Shown here: positions 1 to 9,482 of the stretch, one piece after another
Position numbering within the stretch: the first letter of the stretch is position 1
Layout of the letters: every line of letters begins with the position of its first letter
Virus record (IMG/VR): IMGVR_UViG_3300044448_000841
Location: 1 to 29,303 of that record
Source: a virus
Lineage: Duplodnaviria > Caudoviricetes
Reading direction: 5' to 3' (one strand)
Length of the DNA stretch: 29,303 nucleotides
The notes under the pieces: model-generated
What the model was told of the DNA's origin: nothing
What the model saw: only the letters and a program-made list of their open reading frames with translations
Databases searched by the model: none
Position numbers and translations under genes: made by a program

Positions 1-7
1 ATAGAGG

Positions 8-21
8 CCCAAACGTAGTTA
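8..21 (+). repeat. 14-nt direct repeat CCCAAACGTAGTTA, second copy at 29281-29294; putative cos/packaging region between HNH and terS
   Basis: Exact match at both window ends; lies in the HNH-terS intergenic gap where HK97-like phages carry cos. Confidence 0.65.
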
Positions 22-156
22 GCACACTTTTTTTCTGCTCAAAATTAAGGTAAATTTACTACGTTTTATGTTTTTACATTACGTTGTTATGCAGTTGTAT
101 GTAGTAGTATGTTGTTACATAGTTGATCTATGTAAGATTGAGAATAAAGGCATATT

Positions 157-675
157 ATGGCTAAGCGTGGACGCATACCAAAACAGAAAGACAAGCTACA
201 AGGACATAGGGATAATTCATTGAGTGTAATACAGGGTGGTAAACAATTTGAAACACCAAAACCTATTTCTAGGTGGCTAACTAAAACACGTAAGTATTGG
301 AACGAGTATTGGGACAGCGATTTAGCACAAACAGCACAAAAAGTTGACTTCCCAGCATTTTATAGATTATTTCAATTTTATGATGAAGTTGAACGTGCTA
401 ATCGTACAATTCAAAATATGGGTAATGGTGGTCTTATTGATGTAGGTTCTAAAGGGCAACCAGTTGTAAATCCATTAATTATTCTTACATTGAAATTAGA
501 AGAAAAAATATTAAAACTTGAACAAGAACTTGGATTAACACCACTTAGTCGCCAGAGGTTAGGAATTTCGTTTAGTGAAAATGCTATGGGCTTTCGTCAA
601 CTTCAACAGCTTTTACAAGATGACGAAGAAAAAGAATTAATAGATCCACGTATAAAAATGTTAGAAGAAGAATAA
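157..675 (+). CDS. terS: Terminase small subunit (P27-like)
   Basis: Position before TerL; N-terminal RGRIPK and C-terminal ELGLTPLSRQRL motif typical of P27-family TerS. Confidence 0.85.
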   Translation: MAKRGRIPKQKDKLQGHRDNSLSVIQGGKQFETPKPISRWLTKTRKYWNEYWDSDLAQTAQKVDFPAFYRLFQFYDEVERANRTIQNMGNGGLIDVGSKGQPVVNPLIILTLKLEEKILKLEQELGLTPLSRQRLGISFSENAMGFRQLQQLLQDDEEKELIDPRIKMLEEE

Positions 676-737
676 TGTGTAAATGTAAATATATTTGTTG
701 TGGTTGTGAACTGCATTGTGCAACGTGGAATAAATGA
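675..737 (+). CDS. Putative 20-aa Cys-rich microprotein MCKCKYICCGCELHCATWNK
   Basis: Fills the terS-terL gap exactly: TAATG overlap at start, ATGA overlap at end; 6 Cys. Confidence 0.5.
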   Translation: MCKCKYICCGCELHCATWNK

Positions 738-2182
738 TTAGCTTACCAGAAACAAAAGGTGCAAGAGTAGTTAAGTTTATAGAGAAATTTTGCGTACACG
801 GTGAGGGTGATTTCTTCGGTGAACCATTTAAGTTAGATCAATGGCAACAAGCAATAATTTATGAAATGTATGAAATTAAAGATAATGGTGAAAGAAAATA
901 CAGGGAAGCGTTAATAGGATTACCAAAAGGAAATGGTAAAACAGCTTTAGCAGCAGCAATTGGATTGTACGAACTCTTAGGAAGTGGCGTTACAAGTCCG
1001 TTAGTGGCAGTTGCTGCTGCAAGTTACGAACAAGCAAACCTAGTGTTTGGAACTATGAAAACTATGTGCGAAGAAAGTATATTTTTACGTGATATGGTTG
1101 AAACGTTTGAAAACGAAATACAAGTAAAAAACGCACCGGGTAGAGCATTTAGAGTTGCAGCAAAAGCTGGTACAGCAGACGGTGGTAGAAATAGTTGCTT
1201 TATCGCTGATGAAATACACGAGTGGAACAACATTAACTTGGAACGTGTACATTATGTTTTATCAAACAACACGGCAAAACGTAAAGACGGATTAGTGCTT
1301 AATATTACAACAGCTGGACACGATCTTGATAGTATGGCAGGTCGTATGTATCAACGTGGATTATTAAAAGAAGCTGGTAAACAAGAAGATGAAGAATTTT
1401 ATTTTAAATGGATTGGTGCAAAAGATGATGACGCACCAACAGACGAAGCTATTTGGCATAAAGTTAACCCGGCGATACCTAACGATTGGTGGCCAATAGA
1501 AAACCTTAGACGTAGGCATAAGTCACTACCACTAAACGAATTTCAAAGATACCACCTAAACCAATGGACAAGAACAGAAGAAGAAAGCTGGATAGAAATA
1601 GAAAAATGGTTAGCTTGTCAAGACGAGGAATTAGAACTAGAAAGTGGCGAAGATACGTTTGTAGGTGTAGATATGGCACTACGACACGACAGCGTTGCAA
1701 TCGTGTATGGTCAAAAAGATGATAATGAAATAATTAGTATGAAATCAAAAATATGGCTACCAAATGAAGAAAACTTTATGGATTATCAAGAAATAGAAGC
1801 ATTTATTATTGACTTGATGAAAAAGTATAAAATAAAAGAAGTAGCGTATGATCCAGCATTTTTTGAACGTTCTGCACAAGTATTGTTAGACCGGGGTGTA
1901 CCTATGGTAAACTTTCCACAGACACATAGTCGTATGATACCGGCGTGTGGTAACGCTTATGATTTAATTGCAAACACAAAAGTAAGACACGACGGCGATC
2001 CAACGTTTACAGATCAAGTAATGAGTGCTGCACAGAAGATAACAGATATGGGTTGGCGTTTATCTAAGGGTAGAAGTAAAAGAAAAATTGACGGTGCAAT
2101 AGCTATGGTTTTAATGCTTGACAGAATAACTGCACCAGAACCACTTAGTGATGAACCAGAAGTTGCTATTATAAATCTATGA
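734..2182 (+). CDS. terL: Terminase large subunit
   Basis: Walker A LPKGNGKT, Walker B FIADEIH, ITTAG motif III, nuclease VGVDMA and KIDG. Confidence 0.97.
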   Translation: MISLPETKGARVVKFIEKFCVHGEGDFFGEPFKLDQWQQAIIYEMYEIKDNGERKYREALIGLPKGNGKTALAAAIGLYELLGSGVTSPLVAVAAASYEQANLVFGTMKTMCEESIFLRDMVETFENEIQVKNAPGRAFRVAAKAGTADGGRNSCFIADEIHEWNNINLERVHYVLSNNTAKRKDGLVLNITTAGHDLDSMAGRMYQRGLLKEAGKQEDEEFYFKWIGAKDDDAPTDEAIWHKVNPAIPNDWWPIENLRRRHKSLPLNEFQRYHLNQWTRTEEESWIEIEKWLACQDEELELESGEDTFVGVDMALRHDSVAIVYGQKDDNEIISMKSKIWLPNEENFMDYQEIEAFIIDLMKKYKIKEVAYDPAFFERSAQVLLDRGVPMVNFPQTHSRMIPACGNAYDLIANTKVRHDGDPTFTDQVMSAAQKITDMGWRLSKGRSKRKIDGAIAMVLMLDRITAPEPLSDEPEVAIINL

Positions 2183-2319
2183 GAAACTATATAACAACAC
2201 TAATTGAAGTAGTAGGTGCAGGACTTATAATTTATGGAGTATATACAATGAACGTATCATTAGCGTTAATAATCGCTGGTGCGTTTTTAATTACAGGAAG
2301 TTATTTAGCAGTTAGATGA
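2179..2319 (+). CDS. 46-aa two-TM membrane protein between terL and portal
   Basis: Own translation MRNYITTLIEVVGAGLIIYGVYTMNVSLALIIAGAFLITGSYLAVR; ATGA overlaps at both ends; common slot in HK97-like phages. Confidence 0.75.
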   Translation: MRNYITTLIEVVGAGLIIYGVYTMNVSLALIIAGAFLITGSYLAVR

Positions 2320-3527
2320 GTTTATTCAAAAGAGAGAACAGGGACGCAGCTTTAGGTAATCTTGTTGATTTATTAGCTTTACGTGAGGGTGGTTTATACA
2401 ACTACACAGGCGAAAAAGTAAACGAAATGTCGGCACTAGGCATATCAACTGTATTTAGTGCAATATCGTTAATTGCTGATAGTATTGCATTACTTCCAGT
2501 TAAAACACTTCGTTATGACGGTCAAAAGACAATATTTACTGATAAACCTAAGTTTTTAGAAAAACCAAATGTTGGTCTTGATTTAACAATGTTTTCATTA
2601 ATGCACCAAATTATAACTTCACTTGCTATGCACGGTAATAGTTTTGTATTAGTTGATAAAGACAGACAAGGACGACCAATACAGCTTACCCCAGTACACC
2701 CAGAGAAAGTAAAAGTAGAAATCACAGACGGACAAAAATGTTATTACATACAAACATCTAAAGGTAATTACGATAGAAAAATTACAAGTAACAATATGTT
2801 GCATTTCACTTGGTATTCATATCCGGGACAACTTATAGGTGTTAGTCCATTACGTACCAATTCAAATACTTATGGTCTTGCATTAGCTATGGAAAGGCAT
2901 ATTGCACAATTCTATGGTCAAGGTGGTACACCTAGTTCTGTATTAGAAACAGATAGAGATTTAACAGCTGAACAAGCAAACATCTTAAAAGAAACTTGGT
3001 TAAATAATCACAACAGAAATAGGAAACCAGCAGTACTTACTGGTGGGCTAAAGTGGAAAGCAATATCGGACGCAGCAGGAAGTGAACTTATAGCTGCAAG
3101 AGATCAGATTGTTCACGAAATAGCAAGAGTATTTAGAATACCAGCACATTTGCTTTTATCTAAAGACGGTTCAAACGTTTATTCAAATATTGAAAGTAAT
3201 GGACTTGCTTTTATTAGACATACACTATTGCCGTGGATTAGAAGAATAGAGGACGGATTTAGCACATTATTACCGGGTAAACAGTTTGTTAAATTAGACA
3301 CAGATGAATACGCAAGAGGGGATCAGTTAAGCCGTGTTAGGTCATTTCAAGTTGCAGTTAGTTCTGGAATTATGACACCAAACGAAGCAAGGTCAAAAAT
3401 GGATTTAGAACCTTATGAGGGTGGCGACAAGTTCTACATTGGTTTACAGGGTGCATTGGTAGATCCAACGTTACAACCACAAGGTATAGACGAACACGAT
3501 CCTACAAACGAACTACCACAAGAATAA
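2316..3527 (+). CDS. HK97-family portal protein
   Basis: HGNSFV, GVSPL, EIARVFRIPAHLL, YSNIE, GIMTPNEARSK motifs. Confidence 0.96.
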   Translation: MSLFKRENRDAALGNLVDLLALREGGLYNYTGEKVNEMSALGISTVFSAISLIADSIALLPVKTLRYDGQKTIFTDKPKFLEKPNVGLDLTMFSLMHQIITSLAMHGNSFVLVDKDRQGRPIQLTPVHPEKVKVEITDGQKCYYIQTSKGNYDRKITSNNMLHFTWYSYPGQLIGVSPLRTNSNTYGLALAMERHIAQFYGQGGTPSSVLETDRDLTAEQANILKETWLNNHNRNRKPAVLTGGLKWKAISDAAGSELIAARDQIVHEIARVFRIPAHLLLSKDGSNVYSNIESNGLAFIRHTLLPWIRRIEDGFSTLLPGKQFVKLDTDEYARGDQLSRVRSFQVAVSSGIMTPNEARSKMDLEPYEGGDKFYIGLQGALVDPTLQPQGIDEHDPTNELPQE

Positions 3528-5236
3528 TGCCATACGAAATACAAATGGATAATGAAGATTGTCAAGGACACGCAGTAGTCAAACTTGATGACGGCAGAAT
3601 TATGGGTTGCCACGAAACACACGAAGAAGCTGAAACACAATTACAAGCAATATTAATTAATGAAGCTAAACAAAAAGAAGAAGAAAATAGTTTAGATCAA
3701 GATACAGAATTACGACAAGTAGATAGAAAACCACCTAAGTTTATGCAAGAGAACGCACAACGTGGTTTAGATAATCTTAATAAGGCAGGGGACGGTTTAG
3801 TTGATGAAACAGTTAGACAAGCACGTATTATGGCTAAAGGTGAACAACTAAGCATAGATAAAATTGTAAAAATAGCAGCGTGGCATAAAAGACACATTAG
3901 CGATTTAGATAGAGATAAAACAAACCCACAAGATCCAGATACTTGGGTAGCTAGTGATGTAGCATTTTTATTGTGGGGTAGCAATCCGTGGTCATCACCT
4001 ATGAAAGCAGCAGATTGGGCAGATAGAAAAATTGCACAACTTGTTAGTGAGGGTGAACTAGAACCACGTAATAATCCAAGTACACCAGCACCAAAAAGCG
4101 ACCAAGTAAAAGGAAGTAAGAAAAACCCAAAGGGTTCTGCAAGTGGTAAATCTGGTGGCATAGACTTTAGCGAAAGCACAGAAAAATCTATTAGAGGAAG
4201 AATAGAAAAACATAATGAAGATGTTGTGGGTATGGCAGATTGGCGTAAATTAAAAATGGGAACTGCAAAGGCAGTTGTTAGACGTGGATTTGGTGCATAC
4301 TCAACAAGCCATAGACCGGGTGTAAGTCGTCAAGCGTGGGGACTAGCTAGGTTACGTGCATTTAGTTACTTACTAAAAAACGATAGACCACAAAACCCGA
4401 AGTACAGATCAGACAATGATTTGTTACCAACAGAACACCCACGATACAGTAAAAAGGAAGAAAAAATGAGTACACAACATTTAGACGTGTTTGATAGACC
4501 AGTTGCTATATCACAAACACTAGAAACACAAAAACGTAACACTATTCTTAAAGAAATGGATAAGCAAACTGAAAATAGAAGTTTTACATTTAGTGCAGTA
4601 GAAGAACGCAATAGTAACGATAACGATACATTGTTGTTTACAGGTTACGCTTCTGTATTTGATAAACCTTATGGTGTAAGGGACAGCAGGGGACAATATA
4701 ACGAAACAATAAAACAGGGTGCGTTTAAGAAAACATTAAAAGAACAAGATGACGTAAGATTTTTAGTTAATCACGACGGTATTCCGTTGGCTAGAACTTC
4801 ATCTGGTACATTACAACTTGAAGAAGATGACTATGGTTTATTTGTACGAGCTGAATTAGATCCAAGCAACCCAACCGTTGCAGAAGTATCAAGTGCTATG
4901 AAACGTGGCGACTTAAATGAAATGTCATTTGCTTTTGCAGCTATTAAAGACAATTTTGATAATAATGGTGAAAATAGAGAAGTAAACGAAGCACGATTAT
5001 TTGACGTATCAGTTGTAACATATCCAGCTAATCCGTGGGCAGGTGCAAAACTTCGTGGCATAGATATAGAGAACTTGCACAAAGAATTAGTTGAAGCAAG
5101 AAGTGGCGAACAAGCAACTGAAATATTAGAAAGTTTTATTAACCAAGTCGCAGATAGTGATAACGTTGATAAAAAGCGAAGCAATCCTAAAGTGGATTTA
5201 TTAAAAATGAAACTTGAAAGGGACGGTATTCGCTAA
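3527..5236 (+). CDS. HK97-family prohead protease with ~340-aa multi-domain N-terminal extension
   Basis: C-terminal FTGYASVF, LVNHD, EMSFAF, LFDVSVVTYPANP motifs; extra N-terminal domains. Confidence 0.92.
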   Translation: MPYEIQMDNEDCQGHAVVKLDDGRIMGCHETHEEAETQLQAILINEAKQKEEENSLDQDTELRQVDRKPPKFMQENAQRGLDNLNKAGDGLVDETVRQARIMAKGEQLSIDKIVKIAAWHKRHISDLDRDKTNPQDPDTWVASDVAFLLWGSNPWSSPMKAADWADRKIAQLVSEGELEPRNNPSTPAPKSDQVKGSKKNPKGSASGKSGGIDFSESTEKSIRGRIEKHNEDVVGMADWRKLKMGTAKAVVRRGFGAYSTSHRPGVSRQAWGLARLRAFSYLLKNDRPQNPKYRSDNDLLPTEHPRYSKKEEKMSTQHLDVFDRPVAISQTLETQKRNTILKEMDKQTENRSFTFSAVEERNSNDNDTLLFTGYASVFDKPYGVRDSRGQYNETIKQGAFKKTLKEQDDVRFLVNHDGIPLARTSSGTLQLEEDDYGLFVRAELDPSNPTVAEVSSAMKRGDLNEMSFAFAAIKDNFDNNGENREVNEARLFDVSVVTYPANPWAGAKLRGIDIENLHKELVEARSGEQATEILESFINQVADSDNVDKKRSNPKVDLLKMKLERDGIR

Positions 5237-5325
5237 AGACGTATAGCCGTGGTTATAGCCGTGTATCACACTTGACTACCACACTCTACGCAGAAGTATA
5301 AGAAAATAACAACAAGGAAATTAAA

Positions 5326-6657
5326 TTGAAAAAATTAATTGAAGCTAGAGAAGCTAAAGTAGCTGAACTTGACGGTCTTGTATCAGAACTTGATGAAATG
5401 GAAGCTGGGGAAGAATTTGACGGCAAATTTGCTAGATCAAACGAACTTCACGCTGAAATCAAAGATATGAACGAAAAGATTGAAGAAGCAAGAGAAGCAG
5501 CTGAAACTTTGAAAGCAGTTAAAGAAAGCAGAAATGCACTTGGTGTTGAGGACGAAGACTTAGGCGATAAAGAAGCTGTTGTAGAAGTGAACGAGCCAGA
5601 TTTATATAGAAACGGTGGAGATCACTCTTTCATATCTGATGCTTGGGCAGCTAGAAGTGGCGACTTTAAAGCACAAGAAAGACTTAACAAGCACCAAGAT
5701 TTTGAAGCTAGAGATGTTGGAACTGGTGCTTTTACAGGATTAGTTGTACCTCAATACTTAGTAGATGAGTACGCACCTATCGCAAGAGCAGGTTCACCAT
5801 TTTATAACGCTGTTCCTAAAAAGGACTTACCAGCGTTCGGTAACAAAATTGAAATATCCAGAATAACAACTGGATCAGCAGCAGCAGAACAAGCTAGTGA
5901 AAACTCAGCTGTTCAAGAAACAAATATGGACGACACCTTATTAACAGTTAATGTTGATACTATTGCAGGACAGCAAGACGTTTCAAGACAAGCTCTTGAA
6001 AGAGGTGGACAACCGGGTTTCTCATTGGAAAACATTATTTTCCAAGACTTAGTTGCAGCTTATTACACAAAACTAGATAACCTTATGATTAACGGTTCTG
6101 GTTCATCAGGACAACCAAAAGGTATATCACAAGTTTCTGGTATTAATACAACAACTTATACAGACGCAAGTCCAACAGTTGCTGAATTATATCCAAAACT
6201 TGCAGACGCAGTACAGGAAATCAATTCAAATAGATTTGCACCAGCTACTGCAATCCTTATGCACCCAAGACGTTGGGGTTTCTTAACAGCAGGTGTGGAC
6301 AGTTCAAACCGTCCATTAGTATTACCAGCTGGTAACAACCCAGACAACGCAGCAGGTGTTGGGGAAGCAGCAGCTTATGGTCAAGTTGTAGGTAGTGTTC
6401 TAGGATTACCAGTAATCACAGACGCTAACATTAGAACTGATCTAGGTGCTGGTACTGAAGACGCTATTTATATAGCAAAAGTTGATGATCACATTATGTT
6501 TGAAGATAATTTGTTCCAACTTAAATTTGAAGAAACAAACGCAGGTAGCTTAACAACTAAAATGGTTGTTTATGGTTACGTTGCTTTTGCTTCTGGACGT
6601 TATCCAAAAGGTATTTCAGCAATAACCGGAACAGGTCTTATTGCACCTACCTTTTAA
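5326..6657 (+). CDS. HK97-fold major capsid protein with coiled-coil delta domain
   Basis: TTG start after AAGGA; N-terminal coiled coil, GLVVPQYL, INGSGSSGQPKGI, MHPRRW, VLGLPVITD. Confidence 0.95.
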   Translation: MKKLIEAREAKVAELDGLVSELDEMEAGEEFDGKFARSNELHAEIKDMNEKIEEAREAAETLKAVKESRNALGVEDEDLGDKEAVVEVNEPDLYRNGGDHSFISDAWAARSGDFKAQERLNKHQDFEARDVGTGAFTGLVVPQYLVDEYAPIARAGSPFYNAVPKKDLPAFGNKIEISRITTGSAAAEQASENSAVQETNMDDTLLTVNVDTIAGQQDVSRQALERGGQPGFSLENIIFQDLVAAYYTKLDNLMINGSGSSGQPKGISQVSGINTTTYTDASPTVAELYPKLADAVQEINSNRFAPATAILMHPRRWGFLTAGVDSSNRPLVLPAGNNPDNAAGVGEAAAYGQVVGSVLGLPVITDANIRTDLGAGTEDAIYIAKVDDHIMFEDNLFQLKFEETNAGSLTTKMVVYGYVAFASGRYPKGISAITGTGLIAPTF

Positions 6658-6664
6658 TTAAATT

Positions 6665-6703
6665 ATGGTTTTGGTGTGCTAGGCAACTAACACACCAGAC
6701 CAT
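6665..6703 (+). other. Long stem-loop (GCAA tetraloop) directly after the capsid gene
   Basis: ATGGTTTTGGTGTG-CTAG-GCAA-CTAA-CACACCAGACCAT pairs extensively; only a 3-U tail, so stabiliser/processing site or weak terminator. Confidence 0.65.
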
Positions 6704-6716
6704 TTAGGAAAGTATT

Positions 6717-6893
6717 ATGGCAAAAGATAAAGAATTAATAGAAGCATTAAAAAAAGAATTAAAGCATTACGAAGTCTATGGAAAGGCAAAACGTGCTGAA
6801 GAAGTTAAAAAAGCAATTAAAGCAGCTGGTGGTAAAGTTGAAACAAAAACTGCAAAACCTAAAGCTGAAAAAAAAGTAGAGAAGAAAAAGTAA
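6717..6893 (+). CDS. 58-aa Lys-rich hypothetical protein
   Basis: Own translation MAKDKELIEALKKELKHYEVYGKAKRAEEVKKAIKAAGGKVETKTAKPKAEKKVEKKK; AGGA upstream. Confidence 0.8.
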   Translation: MAKDKELIEALKKELKHYEVYGKAKRAEEVKKAIKAAGGKVETKTAKPKAEKKVEKKK

Positions 6894-6895
6894 CA

Positions 6896-6967
6896 ATGCC
6901 AAAAGGTAAAGGTTACGGTAAAAAAATGAAAGGTGGCAAAGGTAAAGGCCGAAAGAAAGGTAGATAA
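6896..6967 (+). CDS. 23-aa Lys/Gly basic peptide MPKGKGYGKKMKGGKGKGRKKGR
   Basis: Fills gap between neighbours; strongly biased composition. Confidence 0.6.
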   Translation: MPKGKGYGKKMKGGKGKGRKKGR

Positions 6968-6973
6968 TATCTT

Positions 6974-7606
6974 ATGGCAATTACTAACGGCTACTGTACA
7001 CAAGACGAATTAAAGACGTTTGTTGGCATACCAACAAGCGATAGTGCTGATGATAGCTTAATTGATGACGCAGTAAATGCAGCTTCACGACAAATAGACG
7101 CATTTTGTGGCAGACAGTTTTACGCAGACGGATCAGCTTCTGCACGTAAGTTTTTTACAAACGATTTATATAGACTTCGTGTAGATGATATTTCAACAAC
7201 TACAGGTCTAGTAGTTAAATATGATGATGATGATGACGGCACTTATGAAAAAACTGTATCATCTAGCGATTATCAAGTATTACCAATAAACGGTGTTGTG
7301 GGTGGCATACAAGGAAACCCGTTTTATATTATAGAATTAATTTCAGACGGTAATCACGAGTGGCCACTAGATTTTTCAAGTAATAGACCACGTGCAGAAA
7401 TAACTGCAAAATGGGGTTATGCAAGTGTCCCGGCACAGATCAAACAAGCTACTTTAATGTTATCAAGCGAACTATTTGCTATGCGAAACGCACCACTAGG
7501 CGTTGCCGGTGTTGGTGATTTTGGCGTAGTCAATATTCAACAAAACAGAGAAATAACACGATTAATTGCACCATTTCGCAAAGGCACAGTTCTAGGTGTT
7601 TCTTAA
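6974..7606 (+). CDS. Head-tail adaptor/connector
   Basis: YCTQDELK, AASRQIDAFCGR, WGYASVPAQIKQATL motifs typical of actinophage adaptors. Confidence 0.8.
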   Translation: MAITNGYCTQDELKTFVGIPTSDSADDSLIDDAVNAASRQIDAFCGRQFYADGSASARKFFTNDLYRLRVDDISTTTGLVVKYDDDDDGTYEKTVSSSDYQVLPINGVVGGIQGNPFYIIELISDGNHEWPLDFSSNRPRAEITAKWGYASVPAQIKQATLMLSSELFAMRNAPLGVAGVGDFGVVNIQQNREITRLIAPFRKGTVLGVS

Positions 7607-8028
7607 TGGCGACATTATCACAAATTCGTGACGGATTAAAAACAACCGTTTCTAATGTAAGTGGGCTACGTTGTTACGATACAGTACCAGATAATGCAAT
7701 AAACTTTCCAGTAGCAATATTTATACCTACTGATATTGAATTTGATTTAGCTATGCAAAGGGGAACTGATCTATACACATTTGATTTATTAGTAGCAGTA
7801 CAACGTGCTGATAGCAGAACAGCACAAGATAAACTAGACGCTTTTATTACAGGAAGTGGTTCGTCTAGCATAAGACAGGTTATATTTAATAATAGAACTT
7901 TAGGGCTTAGTGACACAGACGCAAGAGTAGTTAATGTTTCTAATTATGCTGCTGATGTTAATTTAAACGGCATAGACGGTGTTGGTGCAAATATGACCAT
8001 TGAAGTTTATACGAAAGGAAGTAGTTAA
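7606..8028 (+). CDS. Neck/tail terminator-like protein
   Basis: Synteny, size and beta-rich pattern. Confidence 0.55.
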   Translation: MATLSQIRDGLKTTVSNVSGLRCYDTVPDNAINFPVAIFIPTDIEFDLAMQRGTDLYTFDLLVAVQRADSRTAQDKLDAFITGSGSSSIRQVIFNNRTLGLSDTDARVVNVSNYAADVNLNGIDGVGANMTIEVYTKGSS

Positions 8029-8075
8029 TGGATTGTTGTGGATCTTGTCCGGGTAACTGTAAAGGTGGTCAATAG
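8028..8075 (+). CDS. Putative 15-aa Cys-rich microprotein MDCCGSCPGNCKGGQ
   Basis: GAAAGGA RBS upstream; TAATG and TAGTG single-base overlaps with both neighbours. Confidence 0.5.
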   Translation: MDCCGSCPGNCKGGQ

Positions 8076-8299
8076 TGGCTAAATATAAAATTATAGGTAA
8101 TAAAAAAGTAATGGGTAAAGTAAAAGGTAACACCATTACAATAAAAGATGAAAATGTAGCTAAGTCATTAATAAAGGGTGGACATATAGAACCCACTACT
8201 ATTAAAAAAAGACGTGCTAGAAAAAAAGACGGCACGTTTATAAAAGATGATAAAAGCACACCAGATGTTAATGAAGCGTGGGAAGAAGTAAATGGCTAA
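8075..8299 (+). CDS. Basic hypothetical protein in the head-tail module
   Basis: 74-aa ORF, GTG start, overlaps next gene. Confidence 0.7.
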   Translation: MAKYKIIGNKKVMGKVKGNTITIKDENVAKSLIKGGHIEPTTIKKRRARKKDGTFIKDDKSTPDVNEAWEEVNG

Positions 8300-9017
8300 A
8301 TTTGTATTTAATGACGGCAAAGTATTTAGTGGTGGTTATGATCTATCAAGCCATATTACAAGCGTAAACCTAGAAATAAACGCTGAAGAACTAGACGCTA
8401 CAACAATTAATAGTGGTGGCTTTAAGTCAAAACTAGGTGGCATTAAAGATAGTACGCTACAACTAGACGGATTTTATGAAGCTGGTGCGAATAAACCAGA
8501 CGCATTACTTGGTGCTTCAGTAGGTAATGAATTATTAGTTACCACAGTACCAGACGCAGGTGTAGGCAATACTGCATACTTTATGAAATCAAGGTTGTTT
8601 TCTTATAATATATTTGGTGCAGTTGGCGAAATAGCACCATTTAGTATTTCTAAATCACAATCAAGTGATGTAGTTGTACAGGGCAAAGTACAAGTAGACG
8701 GCGATCTAACTGCTACTGGTAACTCTACCGGGGTACAACTAGGTGCAGTTGGTGCAACAGAAAAATGTTATGTAGGCATACATTGTTACGGTGTAAGTGG
8801 TACTTCAACACCAACAGTTACTTTTAAATTGCAATCAGATGATAATTCAAGTTTTACAAGTCCAACAGATAGAATTACTTTTACAGGAATTACAGCAATA
8901 GGTTCAGACTTTCAAAGTGTTGCAGGTGCTATTACAGATCAGTATTGGCGATTAAACTACACAATATCTGGAACTAATCCAAGTTTTTCTATCCACGCAA
9001 CAATCGGCATAGAATAA
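8292..9017 (+). CDS. Tail-tube-like protein with extra C-terminal beta domain
   Basis: N-terminal half aligns by eye with 9075..9482 (MAKFV..DLS.H..SV.L.I.A.E...GG.KD.TL). Confidence 0.7.
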   Translation: MAKFVFNDGKVFSGGYDLSSHITSVNLEINAEELDATTINSGGFKSKLGGIKDSTLQLDGFYEAGANKPDALLGASVGNELLVTTVPDAGVGNTAYFMKSRLFSYNIFGAVGEIAPFSISKSQSSDVVVQGKVQVDGDLTATGNSTGVQLGAVGATEKCYVGIHCYGVSGTSTPTVTFKLQSDDNSSFTSPTDRITFTGITAIGSDFQSVAGAITDQYWRLNYTISGTNPSFSIHATIGIE

Positions 9018-9074
9018 CACACACAACTTAACTTCTTTACTAAACTATAAAATTAAGTTTGAAAGGAGTTTACA

Positions 9075-9482
9075 TTGGCAAAATTTGTTTTAACAGACGC
9101 TAGTGTTACCTTGAACAGCGTTGATCTATCAGACCACGTTTCAAGTGTTACATTAGATATTACAGCTGATGAAATCGTTACAACAGCTATGGGTGATACA
9201 TTTCAATCCAGAACTGGTGGATTAAAAGACGGAACACTATCAATAGAGTTTCAACAGGATTTCGCAGCTTCAGAAGTGGACGCAACATTATTTCCATTAC
9301 TTGGATCTACAACAGCATTTGTTGTAAAACCAACAAGTGGTTCAGTAAGTTCAACTAACCCAAGTTATTCTGGAAGTGTGCTTGTAAATCAACACATACC
9401 AGTAGCTAACGCAGTTGGTGAACTTGCAACTATGTCCGTATCGTTTCCAACTTCTGGAACAATTACTAGGGCAACTTCGTAA
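9075..9482 (+). CDS. Major tail tube protein
   Basis: 135 aa, Thr/Ser-rich, strong GAAAGGAG RBS, TTG start, precedes chaperone. Confidence 0.8.
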   Translation: MAKFVLTDASVTLNSVDLSDHVSSVTLDITADEIVTTAMGDTFQSRTGGLKDGTLSIEFQQDFAASEVDATLFPLLGSTTAFVVKPTSGSVSSTNPSYSGSVLVNQHIPVANAVGELATMSVSFPTSGTITRATS

